A stretch of DNA of 64,000 nt, from the NCBI GenBank assembly GCA_963779845.1, contig CAVZZV010000005.1, forward strand, positions 879,427 through 943,426, in the 5' to 3' direction. Source of the DNA: an uncultured Bacteroidales bacterium. Lineage in GTDB: Bacteria; Bacteroidota; Bacteroidia; Bacteroidales; GCA-2748055. The notes under the pieces were generated by a model. That model worked only from the letters and a program-made list of their open reading frames with translations. It had not been told where the DNA came from and ran no database searches. Position numbers and translations under genes: made by a program. Shown piece by piece: positions 26,763 through 36,718 of this stretch. Positions within the stretch are counted from its first letter, which is position 1, and each line of letters starts with the position of its first letter.

Positions 26763-28253
26763 CTATTGGTACCCCGGATTCTGCTCCAAACTTCCGTTGG
26801 AGGCAGCAATTTCATTATTTGGGATAGGTAAAAGCACATGATAATCCTCTATATTCTCTCTCGGTATTGCTAAAATTGGAGAAGTAGAATTCCGGATTGT
26901 CTCCACAAATATTCCCCAACGAAGCAAATCATATCTACGATGACCCTCAAAACTTAATTCAGTCGCTCTTTCTTTTCTGATAGCAAGCCGAAAATCCTCC
27001 TTACTTAATCCGGAAAGGTTTGTTATTCCTGCACGTTCCCGAACCAAATTAATAAATTGATAAGCATTGGCCGGGCCATTCAATTCATTTTCAGCCTCTG
27101 CGCGCATTAAAAGCACATCAGCATATCGAACTACATATTGATTATTCGCACTATTAAAAGGAATTGGCAAAACACCGGATTCCGGATTATGATATTTGCC
27201 ACTTATAGGACCTGCTCCCGGTGTTGTAGTTGACACAAGCACCCATCCATTTACCGTAGTTACAAAACTTATTGCAAGCCTCTTGTCACCAGGTTCAAAC
27301 CAATCCCCAAAATCGGGAAGGGGCATTATGTTTTCAAAACCCCCGTAATGATTAGTGTTTCCTCCAATTCTTTTATCACGCGACCCGGTTTGTTGGGTAG
27401 TTGTATTTCCTCTTTCGTCAAAAGCAAATTGTACATCCCAAATATTTTCGTTTACCAATGCGCCATCTTTATCAGGAAATAATTGGTGCTCATTTTGCCA
27501 TCCAAACAATTTGTTATAATCAGCAATAAGGCCAAATTTTCCTGAATTAATTATGGCATCACATTGTTGAATAGCCAACGCCCATTTTTTTTCTGTTAAA
27601 TATGCTTGTGCCAGAATTCCTGCAGCAGTCCATTTGGTAACTCTCCCTTTTTCTGCATCACCATATGAGTCCGGTAAGTCAGGAAAAGCCTCAAGCAAAT
27701 CCTTTTCAATGAGCGCATAAACTTCAGTGACTGGTGAACGGGTTATACCTTCAAGTGCTCCTGCTCCATCCAGTACTTTATCAACAATAGGCACATCTCC
27801 ATATTTTCTAACAAGTCCAAAATAATAATAAGCACGCAAAACTTTTGCCTCAGCTACCAATCTTTTTTGAAGCGTTTTATCTATTTCTTCAATTAAAGGG
27901 ATATAGGCAATTGCCGTATTACATCTGGAAACGCCACCATAAGCTTCCTGCCATAATGAATTACAATCATCATTAAATCCATTGAGCCCAACAAAGTAGG
28001 TTAACGGCCGTTTGTTATGAAAACCCTGGAATGAGAAATCACTGGGTACAACCGAAACATAATACTCCCTTGGACTGGTGAATAATTTTGAATATGCAGC
28101 AGTAGTTGCAGCAATAGCATCTTTCTCAGTTTTCGGAAAATTCTCAGGTGATAAAAAACTTTGAGGATTTTCGGTAAGTATGTCTTCGCAAGAAGGTAAT
28201 ACAATGCTGGTTAGAAAACCAGCAATTATTAATATTTTAAATGAATTTTTCAT
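26763..28253 (-). CDS. SusD/RagB-family outer-membrane glycan-binding lipoprotein
   Basis: The ATG at 28251-28253 gives MKNSFKILIIAGFLTSIVLPSCED (lipoprotein box). The TPR-like SusD pattern is present (LRAYYYFGLVRKYGDVP, RYADVLLMRAEAENEL, ERATELSFEGHRRYDLLRW). It lies directly downstream of susC. Confidence 0.9.
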   Translation of the reverse strand: MKNSFKILIIAGFLTSIVLPSCEDILTENPQSFLSPENFPKTEKDAIAATTAAYSKLFTSPREYYVSVVPSDFSFQGFHNKRPLTYFVGLNGFNDDCNSLWQEAYGGVSRCNTAIAYIPLIEEIDKTLQKRLVAEAKVLRAYYYFGLVRKYGDVPIVDKVLDGAGALEGITRSPVTEVYALIEKDLLEAFPDLPDSYGDAEKGRVTKWTAAGILAQAYLTEKKWALAIQQCDAIINSGKFGLIADYNKLFGWQNEHQLFPDKDGALVNENIWDVQFAFDERGNTTTQQTGSRDKRIGGNTNHYGGFENIMPLPDFGDWFEPGDKRLAISFVTTVNGWVLVSTTTPGAGPISGKYHNPESGVLPIPFNSANNQYVVRYADVLLMRAEAENELNGPANAYQFINLVRERAGITNLSGLSKEDFRLAIRKERATELSFEGHRRYDLLRWGIFVETIRNSTSPILAIPRENIEDYHVLLPIPNNEIAASNGSLEQNPGYQ

Positions 28254-28272
28254 AATCAAAAATTTTAGTGTT

Positions 28273-28690
28273 TTAGAAATCAAGCTTTACTCCAACGGTA
28301 TAGGATTTTAAAGTTGGGTCCTGAGAATGATCATACCCTCTTTTGGTATTATCAATACCCCTGCTAATTTCAGGATCATACCCGCTATAGCTATCAAATA
28401 ATAACACATTATTTCCGGCAATGTAAAGCTGGACTGATTGTAACCAATTTATTTTTTGAATCGGAAGGTTATACGATAATCGAATATCCTGTAATCTTAA
28501 AAAAGAACCATCTTCGACAAAACCTGAATTTGATACATTCATTGGTCTTGTAAATCCATCTACCGATGGAATATTTGTAGAGGTATTATCAGGTGTCCAT
28601 CGGTTAACAAATTTTCTGTAAACGTTATTATCTAAAGCTTGCTCAAGTAAACGACCTGATTCATTATATATTTCGTTACCATACTACAAA
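28273..28690 (-). pseudogene. Detached 3' end of the SusC-like gene (out of frame with 28676-31588)
   Basis: The frame reads GNEIYNESGRLLEQALDNNVYRKFVNRWTPDNTSTNIP...SGFVEDGSFLRLQDIRLSYNLP...YTVGVKLDF*. These are the canonical last beta-strands of a SusC barrel, ending in F. Confidence 0.8.
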
Positions 28691-31588
28691 TGAGAAATAT
28701 ATATACAAATCAAATGCTTTGTATGTAAATCTATTACTCAGTCCACCAAAAAAATCAGGGTCAGCATACCCAATAATTTTACGATCCAGGGTTTCGCTAA
28801 TAACTTTATCACCATCTATATCTTTATACCTTTTACCTCCGGGAAATACTGCAAAACCTGTTAAACCCGATTCATCAATCTCTTCCTGGGTATTCCAGAT
28901 TCCCTCCATTTCCAATCCATAAAAAGTACCAATGGGCTCCCCTTCCTTAATTATACCAGATGCTCCACTCCAGGTAAAACTATTATTGAGTATATATCCT
29001 TCAGGTGCAATAATACTTACAATTTCATTTTTATTTGTAGAAATATTAAAATTGGTTATCCATCTAAAATCCCTACTATTAATATTTGTAGAAGTTAGGG
29101 AAAACTCGAAACCTTTGTTGGAAACTGTTCCGAAGTTAGTTAGTACAGATTCGAAACTAGTTAGCCACAATAGTGGGACATCAACCAGTAAATCCTTGGT
29201 TAATTTATCGTAGTAGTCAGCAGTGATTTGCAATCGATTATTAAAAAACCCCGCATCAATTCCAACATCAAACTGGGTTGTACTTTCCCATTTAAGATCA
29301 GGATTTCCCAAGGTATTGGCAGCAATTCCCGATACCAGGTGCTGATCCACACCAAAAATGTAATTATTGCCTCCCGGGGCTAATTTCGTTAAGGAAGCAC
29401 CTGGGTCAAGACCCGGGTTTCCTAATACCCCATAACTAGCTCTAAACTTTAAGTTGTCAAAAATGTTAAGGTTTTTAATAAATTCTTCATTTCCAGCTTT
29501 CCATGCAATTGCTGCAGAAGGAAAAAGTCCCCATTTATTATTGGCGGCAAATACAGATGCTCCGTCCATTCTTGCTGATACAGTTAAAAGATATTTATTG
29601 GATAATCCGTAGTTGGACCTGAAAATAAAGGATTCCAGACCACTATTCGTTAAATTCGAATTGGCATCAGACCTTTCTGCTGCTGCAGCTAAATTATTAA
29701 ACGTAAACGCATCTGATACAAAGCCTCTTGCCTGAACCAAATTAGATTTCGATTCTATGGTCTGTCTGGTATATCCAAATAATCCGCTAATGTTGTGTTC
29801 TCCAAATGTTTTAGAATAATTTAAAGTATTTTCAATAATCAGATCCAGGGTTTCGTTATTGTTTATGGTTGCTGTACCCTGATAATTTTGTTGATCATAT
29901 AAAGTTGAGGGGTCATACCTGTTCCGGGTACCATTTTGTAAATTTGCTCCAACATTCAACTTATATGTCAATCCATCAATAATTTCATATTCACCAAAAA
30001 TGGTTCCCAGAAGTTTATTAGTTGTGGTAATATCTATGGGTAATTCAGAGAGGGCAACCGGATTATCACTACTCAGTTCTGCTAATTGAATTTGTTGAGT
30101 ATAATTGCCCTCCTCGTCATAAACAGGTAACGTTGGATCCCAGCCTATCAAATTTTTTATCCCAATTCCAAATGAACCCGGAGTATAATTTCTTCTGCTA
30201 ACAATTAATGAATTCCCTAATTTAAGCTTATCAGATATCTTATGATCAGTATTTATTTGAAAGTTATAACGCTCAAGGCCGCTATTAATAGATATACCTT
30301 GCTGATCAAAATAGTTTCCCGACAGGAAATAGGTATGTTTATTATCCCCTCCTGATATGGATAAGTTATGGCTGGTCATGGGCACGTTTTCACGATACAC
30401 TTCCTTTGCCCAATTGGTACCTTCTCCATAAGAATCCGGATTTGGATACATCTCTGAACCCTTTGTTTCATTTTGAAAAGCGGCAAATTCACTTGCGTTC
30501 ATTACAGGGATATACCTGGAGGGAGACTGGAATGAAATATAAGAATCATAAGAAATTCTTGTTTTCCCTTCTTTTCCTCTTTTTGTGGTAATTAAAATTA
30601 CCCCGTTTGAACCTCTTGACCCATAAATTGCTGTTGCAGAGGCATCTTTCAATACTTCTATAGATTCAATGTTATTCATATTTACATCATTCAAACTAAA
30701 ACCTCCGATATATCCGTCAATAACATACAAGGGTTCATTATTAGCTGAGATTGAGTTACTACCCCTGATTCTGATTGAAGTTTGTGCACCTGGATCTGAA
30801 GAAGTTGGTATAGCCTGTAATCCAGCAATTTTCCCTTTTAATGCCTGATCCACGCGAAGTACATTAGTAGAATTTAACTCCTCCGTCTTGATTGATCCAA
30901 CGGATCCGGTTATATCACTTTTTCTAACTGTTCCATAACCAATAGCAACCACCTCATCTAATCCAATAGCATCGGCAACCAGTGAAACATCAATGGTGGT
31001 TTGATTGCCAACTGCTACTTCCTGCGTTGACATTCCCACAAACGAAAATACCAATGTGGCATTTTCAGGAACATCCTCGAAGGAGTACTTCCCCTCCATA
31101 TTGGTAACCGTACCATTGGAGGTTCCTTTAAGAACAATTGATACCCCTGGCAGCGGTTGGCCATATTCATCGGTAACGGTTCCGGAAATGGATTTTTGCT
31201 GGAGTTTACCTTCTGATTTTATATCACTGGCATCCATTATAACTACATACCGATCAATAACTTCGTATCGAACTTTTTCAGGAAGTGTATTATCCAGAAT
31301 TTCTTCCACTGTCTTATTCTTTACATCAAGAGTTACTTTCTGATTCGGATCGAGTTTTGAACTCGAGAAGGCAAATCTGAACTCTGTTTGATTTTCAATT
31401 TTCTGAAACATCTGCTGATAGGTTATTTCAGTGAATTTTAAAGTGAGTTTGGTACTCTGTGAGTAAATACTCGCAGAAACCATCACGGTTGGGAACAATA
31501 AAATGAAAGTAGTTAGTTTCATAATTTTTACAATTCTTCGAAACAGAGAACGCTCATCCCCTGTTAGGAAAGGGTTTCTTTTTTTCAT
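28676..31588 (-). CDS. SusC/RagA-family TonB-dependent transducer (STN domain), interrupted by one frameshift near the 3' end
   Basis: The ATG at 31586-31588 gives MKKRNPFLTGDERSLF. An STN signalling domain follows (LKFTEITYQQMFQKIENQTEFRFAF...VRYEVIDRYVVIM). Then come a CarboxypepD_reg-like region (ISGTVTDEYGQPLPGVSIVL), the TonB box/plug (DEVVAIGYGT) and the barrel. The frame stops at ...DLYIYFSFVVW*, where paralogs read ...GVYGN. Confidence 0.88.
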   Translation of the reverse strand: MKKRNPFLTGDERSLFRRIVKIMKLTTFILLFPTVMVSASIYSQSTKLTLKFTEITYQQMFQKIENQTEFRFAFSSSKLDPNQKVTLDVKNKTVEEILDNTLPEKVRYEVIDRYVVIMDASDIKSEGKLQQKSISGTVTDEYGQPLPGVSIVLKGTSNGTVTNMEGKYSFEDVPENATLVFSFVGMSTQEVAVGNQTTIDVSLVADAIGLDEVVAIGYGTVRKSDITGSVGSIKTEELNSTNVLRVDQALKGKIAGLQAIPTSSDPGAQTSIRIRGSNSISANNEPLYVIDGYIGGFSLNDVNMNNIESIEVLKDASATAIYGSRGSNGVILITTKRGKEGKTRISYDSYISFQSPSRYIPVMNASEFAAFQNETKGSEMYPNPDSYGEGTNWAKEVYRENVPMTSHNLSISGGDNKHTYFLSGNYFDQQGISINSGLERYNFQINTDHKISDKLKLGNSLIVSRRNYTPGSFGIGIKNLIGWDPTLPVYDEEGNYTQQIQLAELSSDNPVALSELPIDITTTNKLLGTIFGEYEIIDGLTYKLNVGANLQNGTRNRYDPSTLYDQQNYQGTATINNNETLDLIIENTLNYSKTFGEHNISGLFGYTRQTIESKSNLVQARGFVSDAFTFNNLAAAAERSDANSNLTNSGLESFIFRSNYGLSNKYLLTVSARMDGASVFAANNKWGLFPSAAIAWKAGNEEFIKNLNIFDNLKFRASYGVLGNPGLDPGASLTKLAPGGNNYIFGVDQHLVSGIAANTLGNPDLKWESTTQFDVGIDAGFFNNRLQITADYYDKLTKDLLVDVPLLWLTSFESVLTNFGTVSNKGFEFSLTSTNINSRDFRWITNFNISTNKNEIVSIIAPEGYILNNSFTWSGASGIIKEGEPIGTFYGLEMEGIWNTQEEIDESGLTGFAVFPGGKRYKDIDGDKVISETLDRKIIGYADPDFFGGLSNRFTYKAFDLYIYFSFVVW

Positions 31589-31617
31589 AAATTTGCATGT
31601 TTTAGTTAATAAAATTG
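30940..31617. repeat. Dispersed repeat: susC leader plus STN/N-terminal extension (partner 40990-41683)
   Basis: Near-colinear nucleotide similarity by eye (about 85-90 percent). It runs from the DEVVAIGYGT-encoding box to 29 nt upstream of the susC ATG. Confidence 0.8.
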
Positions 31618-31679
31618 ATTCAATTTTCCGGGCATCGTCGGTTGCAACGACTTTGCCCGTTTTTATTTTCATTCATCCT

Positions 31680-32642
31680 TTATACATTTAATTTTTTGAT
31701 TTTCACATCCTTTCCCTCAAACCTGTAAACAAAACCATTTGCTTTTGCAATTACCTTAAGAATGGTTTCAAGCGATTCGTATTCTTCAAACTGAACCGTG
31801 AGTGTCTCTGAGTTAAATAATAGAGGATCATATTCTATATTTATGTCATACCATTTTTCGAGCCTCGTAATAACCTCATCGAAAGGGGTTAAACGGAATA
31901 TCAGTTGATCATTTTTCCATGCCAACTCAAGATTCTTATCAAAAGAATTAATCTCACTCGAGGAGGTGTTTTTATTATAAACCAGTTGCTGGCCAGGTTG
32001 TAATAGTTCATCTTCCCTTCCAATTTTCACATCAACAGAACCTTTAATCAGCGATGATTTAATCTTCGAACTCTCCGGATAAGCTGAAACAATAAACCGG
32101 GTACCTAAAGCTGTTGTAACTAAATTGCCTGAAGCCACTTCAAAAGGCAATTCCTGGTTTTTCACCACCTCAAAATAAGCCTCCCCTTCCACTTCAATCT
32201 TTCTGGACTTTACTCCATAGTCTACCGGATAACTCAATTTAGTATCTACATTTAGCCATACTTTTGAACCATCGGGGAGTATTACGCTGGTTTGTTCTCC
32301 TTTTTGAGTAGTAAGCACAAGCATCCCCCTGGCAACAGTTTGGCTGGTATAAAGATAGAGTGCAGCGGCAAGCAGGGGTAAAAACAATATTGCTGCTGCC
32401 CTAACCAAAACTATAAAGAAGCGATTCCTTACTGAGATTATAACCGAATTTCTGATTTTTTCCCGTATCTGTTCAAACTTTAATGCCACACTTTCATTTT
32501 GACTCTGTTGCCAGTTTGCTTCCAGCCAGGTAAAAATTTCTTTTTTATGGTGGATATTATTGAAATATTTATCCAATGAGTTTAACTCATCGTTTGTTAA
32601 TCTCTTCCCGGAAAGAAATTTGCTGATTAGGTTCTCCTGCAT
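31680..32642 (-). CDS. FecR-family anti-sigma factor
   Basis: The track start is GTG. The ATG at 32640-32642 gives MQENLISKFLSGKRLT. There is a single TM segment (FFIVLVRAAAILFLPLLAAALYLY). A FecR/DUF4974-like periplasmic part follows (LIFRLTPFDEVITRLEKWYDINIEYD). It lies immediately upstream of an STN-bearing susC. Confidence 0.88.
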   Translation of the reverse strand: MQENLISKFLSGKRLTNDELNSLDKYFNNIHHKKEIFTWLEANWQQSQNESVALKFEQIREKIRNSVIISVRNRFFIVLVRAAAILFLPLLAAALYLYTSQTVARGMLVLTTQKGEQTSVILPDGSKVWLNVDTKLSYPVDYGVKSRKIEVEGEAYFEVVKNQELPFEVASGNLVTTALGTRFIVSAYPESSKIKSSLIKGSVDVKIGREDELLQPGQQLVYNKNTSSSEINSFDKNLELAWKNDQLIFRLTPFDEVITRLEKWYDINIEYDPLLFNSETLTVQFEEYESLETILKVIAKANGFVYRFEGKDVKIKKLNV

Positions 32643-32716
32643 TCTTATCACTCTAAATTCATTAATTTTGTGTTCAAACCTATATACGTTTGAAAATAAA
32701 CTTTCCGTGACCGGGG
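32619..32716. repeat. Dispersed repeat: first 7 fecR codons plus ~75 nt upstream leader (partner 41681-41777)
   Basis: TTGCTGATTAGGTTCTCCTGCATTCTT...TATATACGTTTGAAAAT.AACTTTCCGTGACCGGGG is present at both places with few mismatches. Confidence 0.8.
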
Positions 32717-32800
32717 AAGTAACTTAAATTCTTTTCTATGAAGATATTTTGCAAAAAACCATGGCTAACTGTAATTCAAAAGAGAATTGTTATGAGCGAA
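32717..32800 (-). pseudogene. Possible decayed 3' relic of an ECF sigma-factor gene
   Basis: The DNA aligns loosely with the last ~25 codons and stop of 41807-42367. Examples are AATTACAGTTAGC vs AATACAGTTGAC, and ATAGAAAAGAATTTAAG vs ATGAAAAAGAATTAAAA. It has indels and in-frame stops. Confidence 0.3.
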
Positions 32801-32857
32801 GATTGGCTTCTCTTTCCACCCCCATGCATAGGTAAATAGAATCCCTCAAATGATTTC

Positions 32858-34057
32858 TTACTTTTTCAGTAATTTCATCCCAAAGCCAGGAGCATCGGAT
32901 ACCCTTAGCTTGCCATTAATAATTGGATATTCTCCAAAATCAACATCATCAGAGAGACAGGTAACACCTTCAATGGTGCATACATTGCCAAGTCCGGCTG
33001 AAAGATGAGCATTGTAATTGGTTTTAAAACGGCTACCCCAGGAATGCGGACTTGCAAGCATATTGATTTTTTTGAGTTCAGGCATCAGCTTCATCCATTT
33101 CGTAAACCCATATCCTATTGTGTCTGCAAGCATTACATCCATCACTTGTTCCTTTCCCAATTCCAGACAAACATCATAATCGGGATCACGTTCACCGTCA
33201 GCATAATAGGTGTTTTCAAAGCCATTGTTGTTCATCCATCTTTTTAATTTTCGACCGGCCTCCAGCTCTTCAAAAAAAGGTTCTTCCATCCAATACAATG
33301 GAACTTCTTGAATTCCCGTTAAAAAGCTTATTGTATCCTCTAAACTATATTTGTCGTTAGCATCAACTAAAACTTTTGTATTTCGGTCTTTAAATGTATT
33401 ATGAACCAGATTAACAACCTCAATATCTTTTTCAAGTCCCTCTTTATGGGGATACCACATACCACTACGCCCGATTTTAACTTTTAACTGGCGGTACCCA
33501 TAATTATAATCCCACTCGCAATTTTCCAGAATTACATCCAAACCTTTGGTTTCATTTCCCGGATTTAGTTCGTCCAGATAGATCATTCCACTGTAAATGA
33601 GAGTTTCTCTGGGTCCCTGATTGCCAATTAATTCATATACAGGCTTATTCAAAATAAGCCCCATTAAATCGTGTAGCGCAATATCCACCCGGCTATCCAA
33701 GGTATCAATAATACCAATACCCGGGGTGATCAGCTCAGAGACTTTTTTATTAAGGATTAAAGGAATAATCTTGTCGGCATTTTTACTAGATACACCCCAG
33801 GCCATTGCTCCCTGATCGGTATATAGTTTTAAAACGGTGTTTTTATGATATTGGCCATGAAAATCCAGTCTGGAATTTTTCCCCACAAATCGTGGCCAAT
33901 GAAACTCAACTTCCGCTAACTCGTATTTATCAATCCTATGTTCCCCAAGTTCCTTAATTTGACGTTCTATTTTTGATGAGCATGACCAAAGAGTCGGAAC
34001 TAAAGTGCTGCCTGCCAGAGCTGCTCCTGATAATTTAATAAAGTTACTTCGTTTCAT
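32858..34057 (-). CDS. Enolase-superfamily (mandelate racemase/muconate-lactonizing-type) enzyme with an N-terminal export signal
   Basis: 399 aa. Motifs LKVKIGR (K-x-K), LVDANDKY, WMEEPF and ADGE (three metal ligands), plus LADT...SPHSWG (D/H dyad). The N-terminus MKRSNFIKLSGAALAGSTLVPTLWSCSS is Tat-like/lipoprotein-like. Confidence 0.8.
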   Translation of the reverse strand: MKRSNFIKLSGAALAGSTLVPTLWSCSSKIERQIKELGEHRIDKYELAEVEFHWPRFVGKNSRLDFHGQYHKNTVLKLYTDQGAMAWGVSSKNADKIIPLILNKKVSELITPGIGIIDTLDSRVDIALHDLMGLILNKPVYELIGNQGPRETLIYSGMIYLDELNPGNETKGLDVILENCEWDYNYGYRQLKVKIGRSGMWYPHKEGLEKDIEVVNLVHNTFKDRNTKVLVDANDKYSLEDTISFLTGIQEVPLYWMEEPFFEELEAGRKLKRWMNNNGFENTYYADGERDPDYDVCLELGKEQVMDVMLADTIGYGFTKWMKLMPELKKINMLASPHSWGSRFKTNYNAHLSAGLGNVCTIEGVTCLSDDVDFGEYPIINGKLRVSDAPGFGMKLLKK

Positions 34058-34099
34058 TTTAGTTTATTTTCGTTGAATTTCTTATATAGGTTCCTGAAT

Positions 34100-36394
34100 T
34101 TAATATTCAAAAACCGCTGCATCAAGCAACTCAATATTTGCCTTTTTATTCGTTGCAATAGTAATTGTATTCTCACCTATTCTCAGGTAATTCATTTCTT
34201 CATCAAAAAGCACATAAAAGTTTATACTCGGTTCTCCGAATCTTGCATCAAGCTTTGTTTTCCTAAATGCATTTCCATTTATTTTAATTTCACTGTCAGT
34301 AAATCCTTTAATAGCCACAGTTGTATTGGCCGGAAGTTTTTCAAGTTCAAATGTTTTGCTAACAGTTATTGGACCTGTAATTTCTGTATTTATGCCGATG
34401 AAATCATTTTTTTCACCAAAAGGGAGATGCACGTTTCTTCCTGTTTCCGATTTCCAAACCGAAGCAAAATCAATTATTGGTTTTAAATCCGGAGCCATAT
34501 AAATGGTTTTATTGATGGCTTTAATATCTTCAATCGGTATTTTAGAAACTTTGCGATCATAGGTTAAATATCCGTTCAGTTCATGCTCCACATCCGTTAT
34601 TTGAGTATAGACTAACCCATTACAACCACTTCCGGCATTTAGACAACGTACAGTTTCAATGAACTTTCGATAGGCATCTTCAAAAATCTCTGGTGTACTA
34701 TAGGTATGTCTTCCGGTCTCTTCAGTGAAACTGTAGCTATCTTTTGGTATAAAATTGTTATGCCCTTTTTGCTCGGGAGGATTTGATTCTGAATACCAAG
34801 TATGCCCGGGTATTGCCAGATTTATTCCTGCCGCTTCACCAATTAACAGTGCTCGTTCTCCATTTAGTTTATAGTCCGCCCCATTATTTCTTGGATAAAA
34901 AGTGTAATCATGCACATCCATTACATCCCCAAAAGCTTCATCGGTCCAACCACTTGCGCAGTTAATAATCCGTGTTGAGTCGTAATTTTTTATCCAGTTT
35001 GTATAAAATCCCGTATTATGCTGGCTCCAGCCTTCATTGAATACAATCCACATTACAATAGAAGGATGGTTGTGCAACCAATCGACCATGGACTTAAATT
35101 CTGTATGCCATTGTTTAGCAGCAGCATCGTCAATGGTTTGTCCATATTTAGGCATGCAGGTCATATCCTGCCATACAAGAAGTCCTAGTTTATCAGCCCA
35201 ATAGTACCAACGATCAGGATGAGTTTTAATATGGACCCGAACCATATTACAACCTATTTTTTTAAGGTATTCGAGATCGAATTTTATTGCCTCTTCCGAA
35301 GGAGGTGTTAAACCTCCATTTGGCCAATATCCCTGATCTAGAGGGCCATACTGAAAAATCGGCTCATTGTTTAAATGAATTCTTCTATAACCATCAGCAG
35401 CGGTTTTAACCTCAATTTTTCGCATTCCAAAATAGCTGCTTACTTCATCTATAACTTTTCCATCCCTTTTCAAAATAACTTTCAGATCGTACAAAAATGG
35501 ATTTTCGGGACTCCAGGCTTTAAATTCCTGAATAGGAATCATTAATTCTTCTCCACTAATTGCAGCCTTTTCTGCCACCAAACTACTTCCATCAAATACC
35601 TGAACTAATAATTCAGATTTACCCGATGTAAGGCTTGTATTTAGTTTAACCGCTGCATTATCGAAATCGGGAGTAATCTTAATATTTTCAATTGAATTTT
35701 CGGGAACCGGTTCAATCCATACCGTTTTCCAAATTCCACCAGTAGGCTGATATCGGAAACCTTGTCGGTTTTCAGGCATAATCTGCTTTCCAATAGCCTG
35801 ACTCTGCCCTTCAGTAGCGTCCCAAACACAAACACTTATTGTATTTTTTCCTGAAACTAAAAAATCTGTAATATTAAAAGTAAAAGGGTCATATCCACCT
35901 CGATGTTGTCCAACTCTTTTCTGGTTTACATATATACTTGTTTCCCAATCGCTGGCTTCCAAATGGAGTAAAATATTTTGTTTATCCCATTTTCCGGGAA
36001 TAGAAAATTCTTTCTGGTACCATAATACCTGATTAGACCTTAAAATTTTTCCAACACCCGACAATGGCGCATCGATAGCAAAAGGAACCAAAATTTTTCC
36101 TTCCCATTCATAAGGAATCTCTCGTGTAGTCCAACTTTTTTCTTTTGTTAAGCCCTGCAGGGGCTCGAATTCATTGGACTCAAGCTTATAATCCCATAAA
36201 CCGTTAAGATTCATCCACTCATCACGAACCATTTGTGGGCGAGGATATTCAGGCAAAGCTTCATTAGGGTTGACTTGTTCGGCAAATTCCGTTTGCAAGG
36301 GTGAGGGTGCCATTTTGAAATCCACCGTATTTGAACATCCTAAAATAAAAAAACCCAGAAAGGCAGATAAAATAGTTAAATTAAAAATTCTCAT
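34100..36394 (-). CDS. GH2-family glycoside hydrolase
   Basis: 764 aa. Lipoprotein signal LGFFILGCSN. GH2 sugar-binding domain pattern (NGLWDYKL, ILLHLEASDWETSIYVNQKRVGQHRGGYDPFTFNITD). The TIM barrel carries WIVFNEGW. Confidence 0.85.
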   Translation of the reverse strand: MRIFNLTILSAFLGFFILGCSNTVDFKMAPSPLQTEFAEQVNPNEALPEYPRPQMVRDEWMNLNGLWDYKLESNEFEPLQGLTKEKSWTTREIPYEWEGKILVPFAIDAPLSGVGKILRSNQVLWYQKEFSIPGKWDKQNILLHLEASDWETSIYVNQKRVGQHRGGYDPFTFNITDFLVSGKNTISVCVWDATEGQSQAIGKQIMPENRQGFRYQPTGGIWKTVWIEPVPENSIENIKITPDFDNAAVKLNTSLTSGKSELLVQVFDGSSLVAEKAAISGEELMIPIQEFKAWSPENPFLYDLKVILKRDGKVIDEVSSYFGMRKIEVKTAADGYRRIHLNNEPIFQYGPLDQGYWPNGGLTPPSEEAIKFDLEYLKKIGCNMVRVHIKTHPDRWYYWADKLGLLVWQDMTCMPKYGQTIDDAAAKQWHTEFKSMVDWLHNHPSIVMWIVFNEGWSQHNTGFYTNWIKNYDSTRIINCASGWTDEAFGDVMDVHDYTFYPRNNGADYKLNGERALLIGEAAGINLAIPGHTWYSESNPPEQKGHNNFIPKDSYSFTEETGRHTYSTPEIFEDAYRKFIETVRCLNAGSGCNGLVYTQITDVEHELNGYLTYDRKVSKIPIEDIKAINKTIYMAPDLKPIIDFASVWKSETGRNVHLPFGEKNDFIGINTEITGPITVSKTFELEKLPANTTVAIKGFTDSEIKINGNAFRKTKLDARFGEPSINFYVLFDEEMNYLRIGENTITIATNKKANIELLDAAVFEY

Positions 36395-36610
36395 AAGTTA
36401 AAATTATAAGTTGTTTAAATTTTCTTTGATTCAATTCTTTTGTTAATCCCTATTGTCTTAACCCACTATAACCTGGACAATATTATAAAAATGGTTCAGT
36501 ACTTCCTTATTTTCAATTAAAATGCACTGCCTTCCACATAGCAGTAGGTTATTGCAAAGAAATAATTTTAAAATTCGCACAGATCGGCTGGAAAACTCAC
36601 CCCAAAAGGA

Positions 36611-36665
36611 TTAGAGAAAAAGAAGTAGAGATTTAATCTCCATGATTGATTAAAACTCTACTTCT
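36611..36665 (-). terminator. Extended hairpin terminator after the decayed susD
   Basis: AGAAGTAGAG (36621-36630) pairs with CTCTACTTCT (36656-36665). An inner TTAATC/GATTAA helix extends the stem. It is followed on the minus strand by TTTTCTC. Confidence 0.5.
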
Positions 36666-36718
36666 CTTAAAAGCTTAAAACATGTTATGCTCCAATCCAA
36701 TATCTCCAATAATACCCA

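Noticed and set aside
28660-28700. Programmed ribosomal frameshifting as an explanation for the split susC (and for the split GH43/beta-helix gene).
   Set aside because: There is no slippery heptamer or downstream stimulatory structure at the susC site. The many other decayed genes in the window make mutation or sequencing error the simpler explanation.
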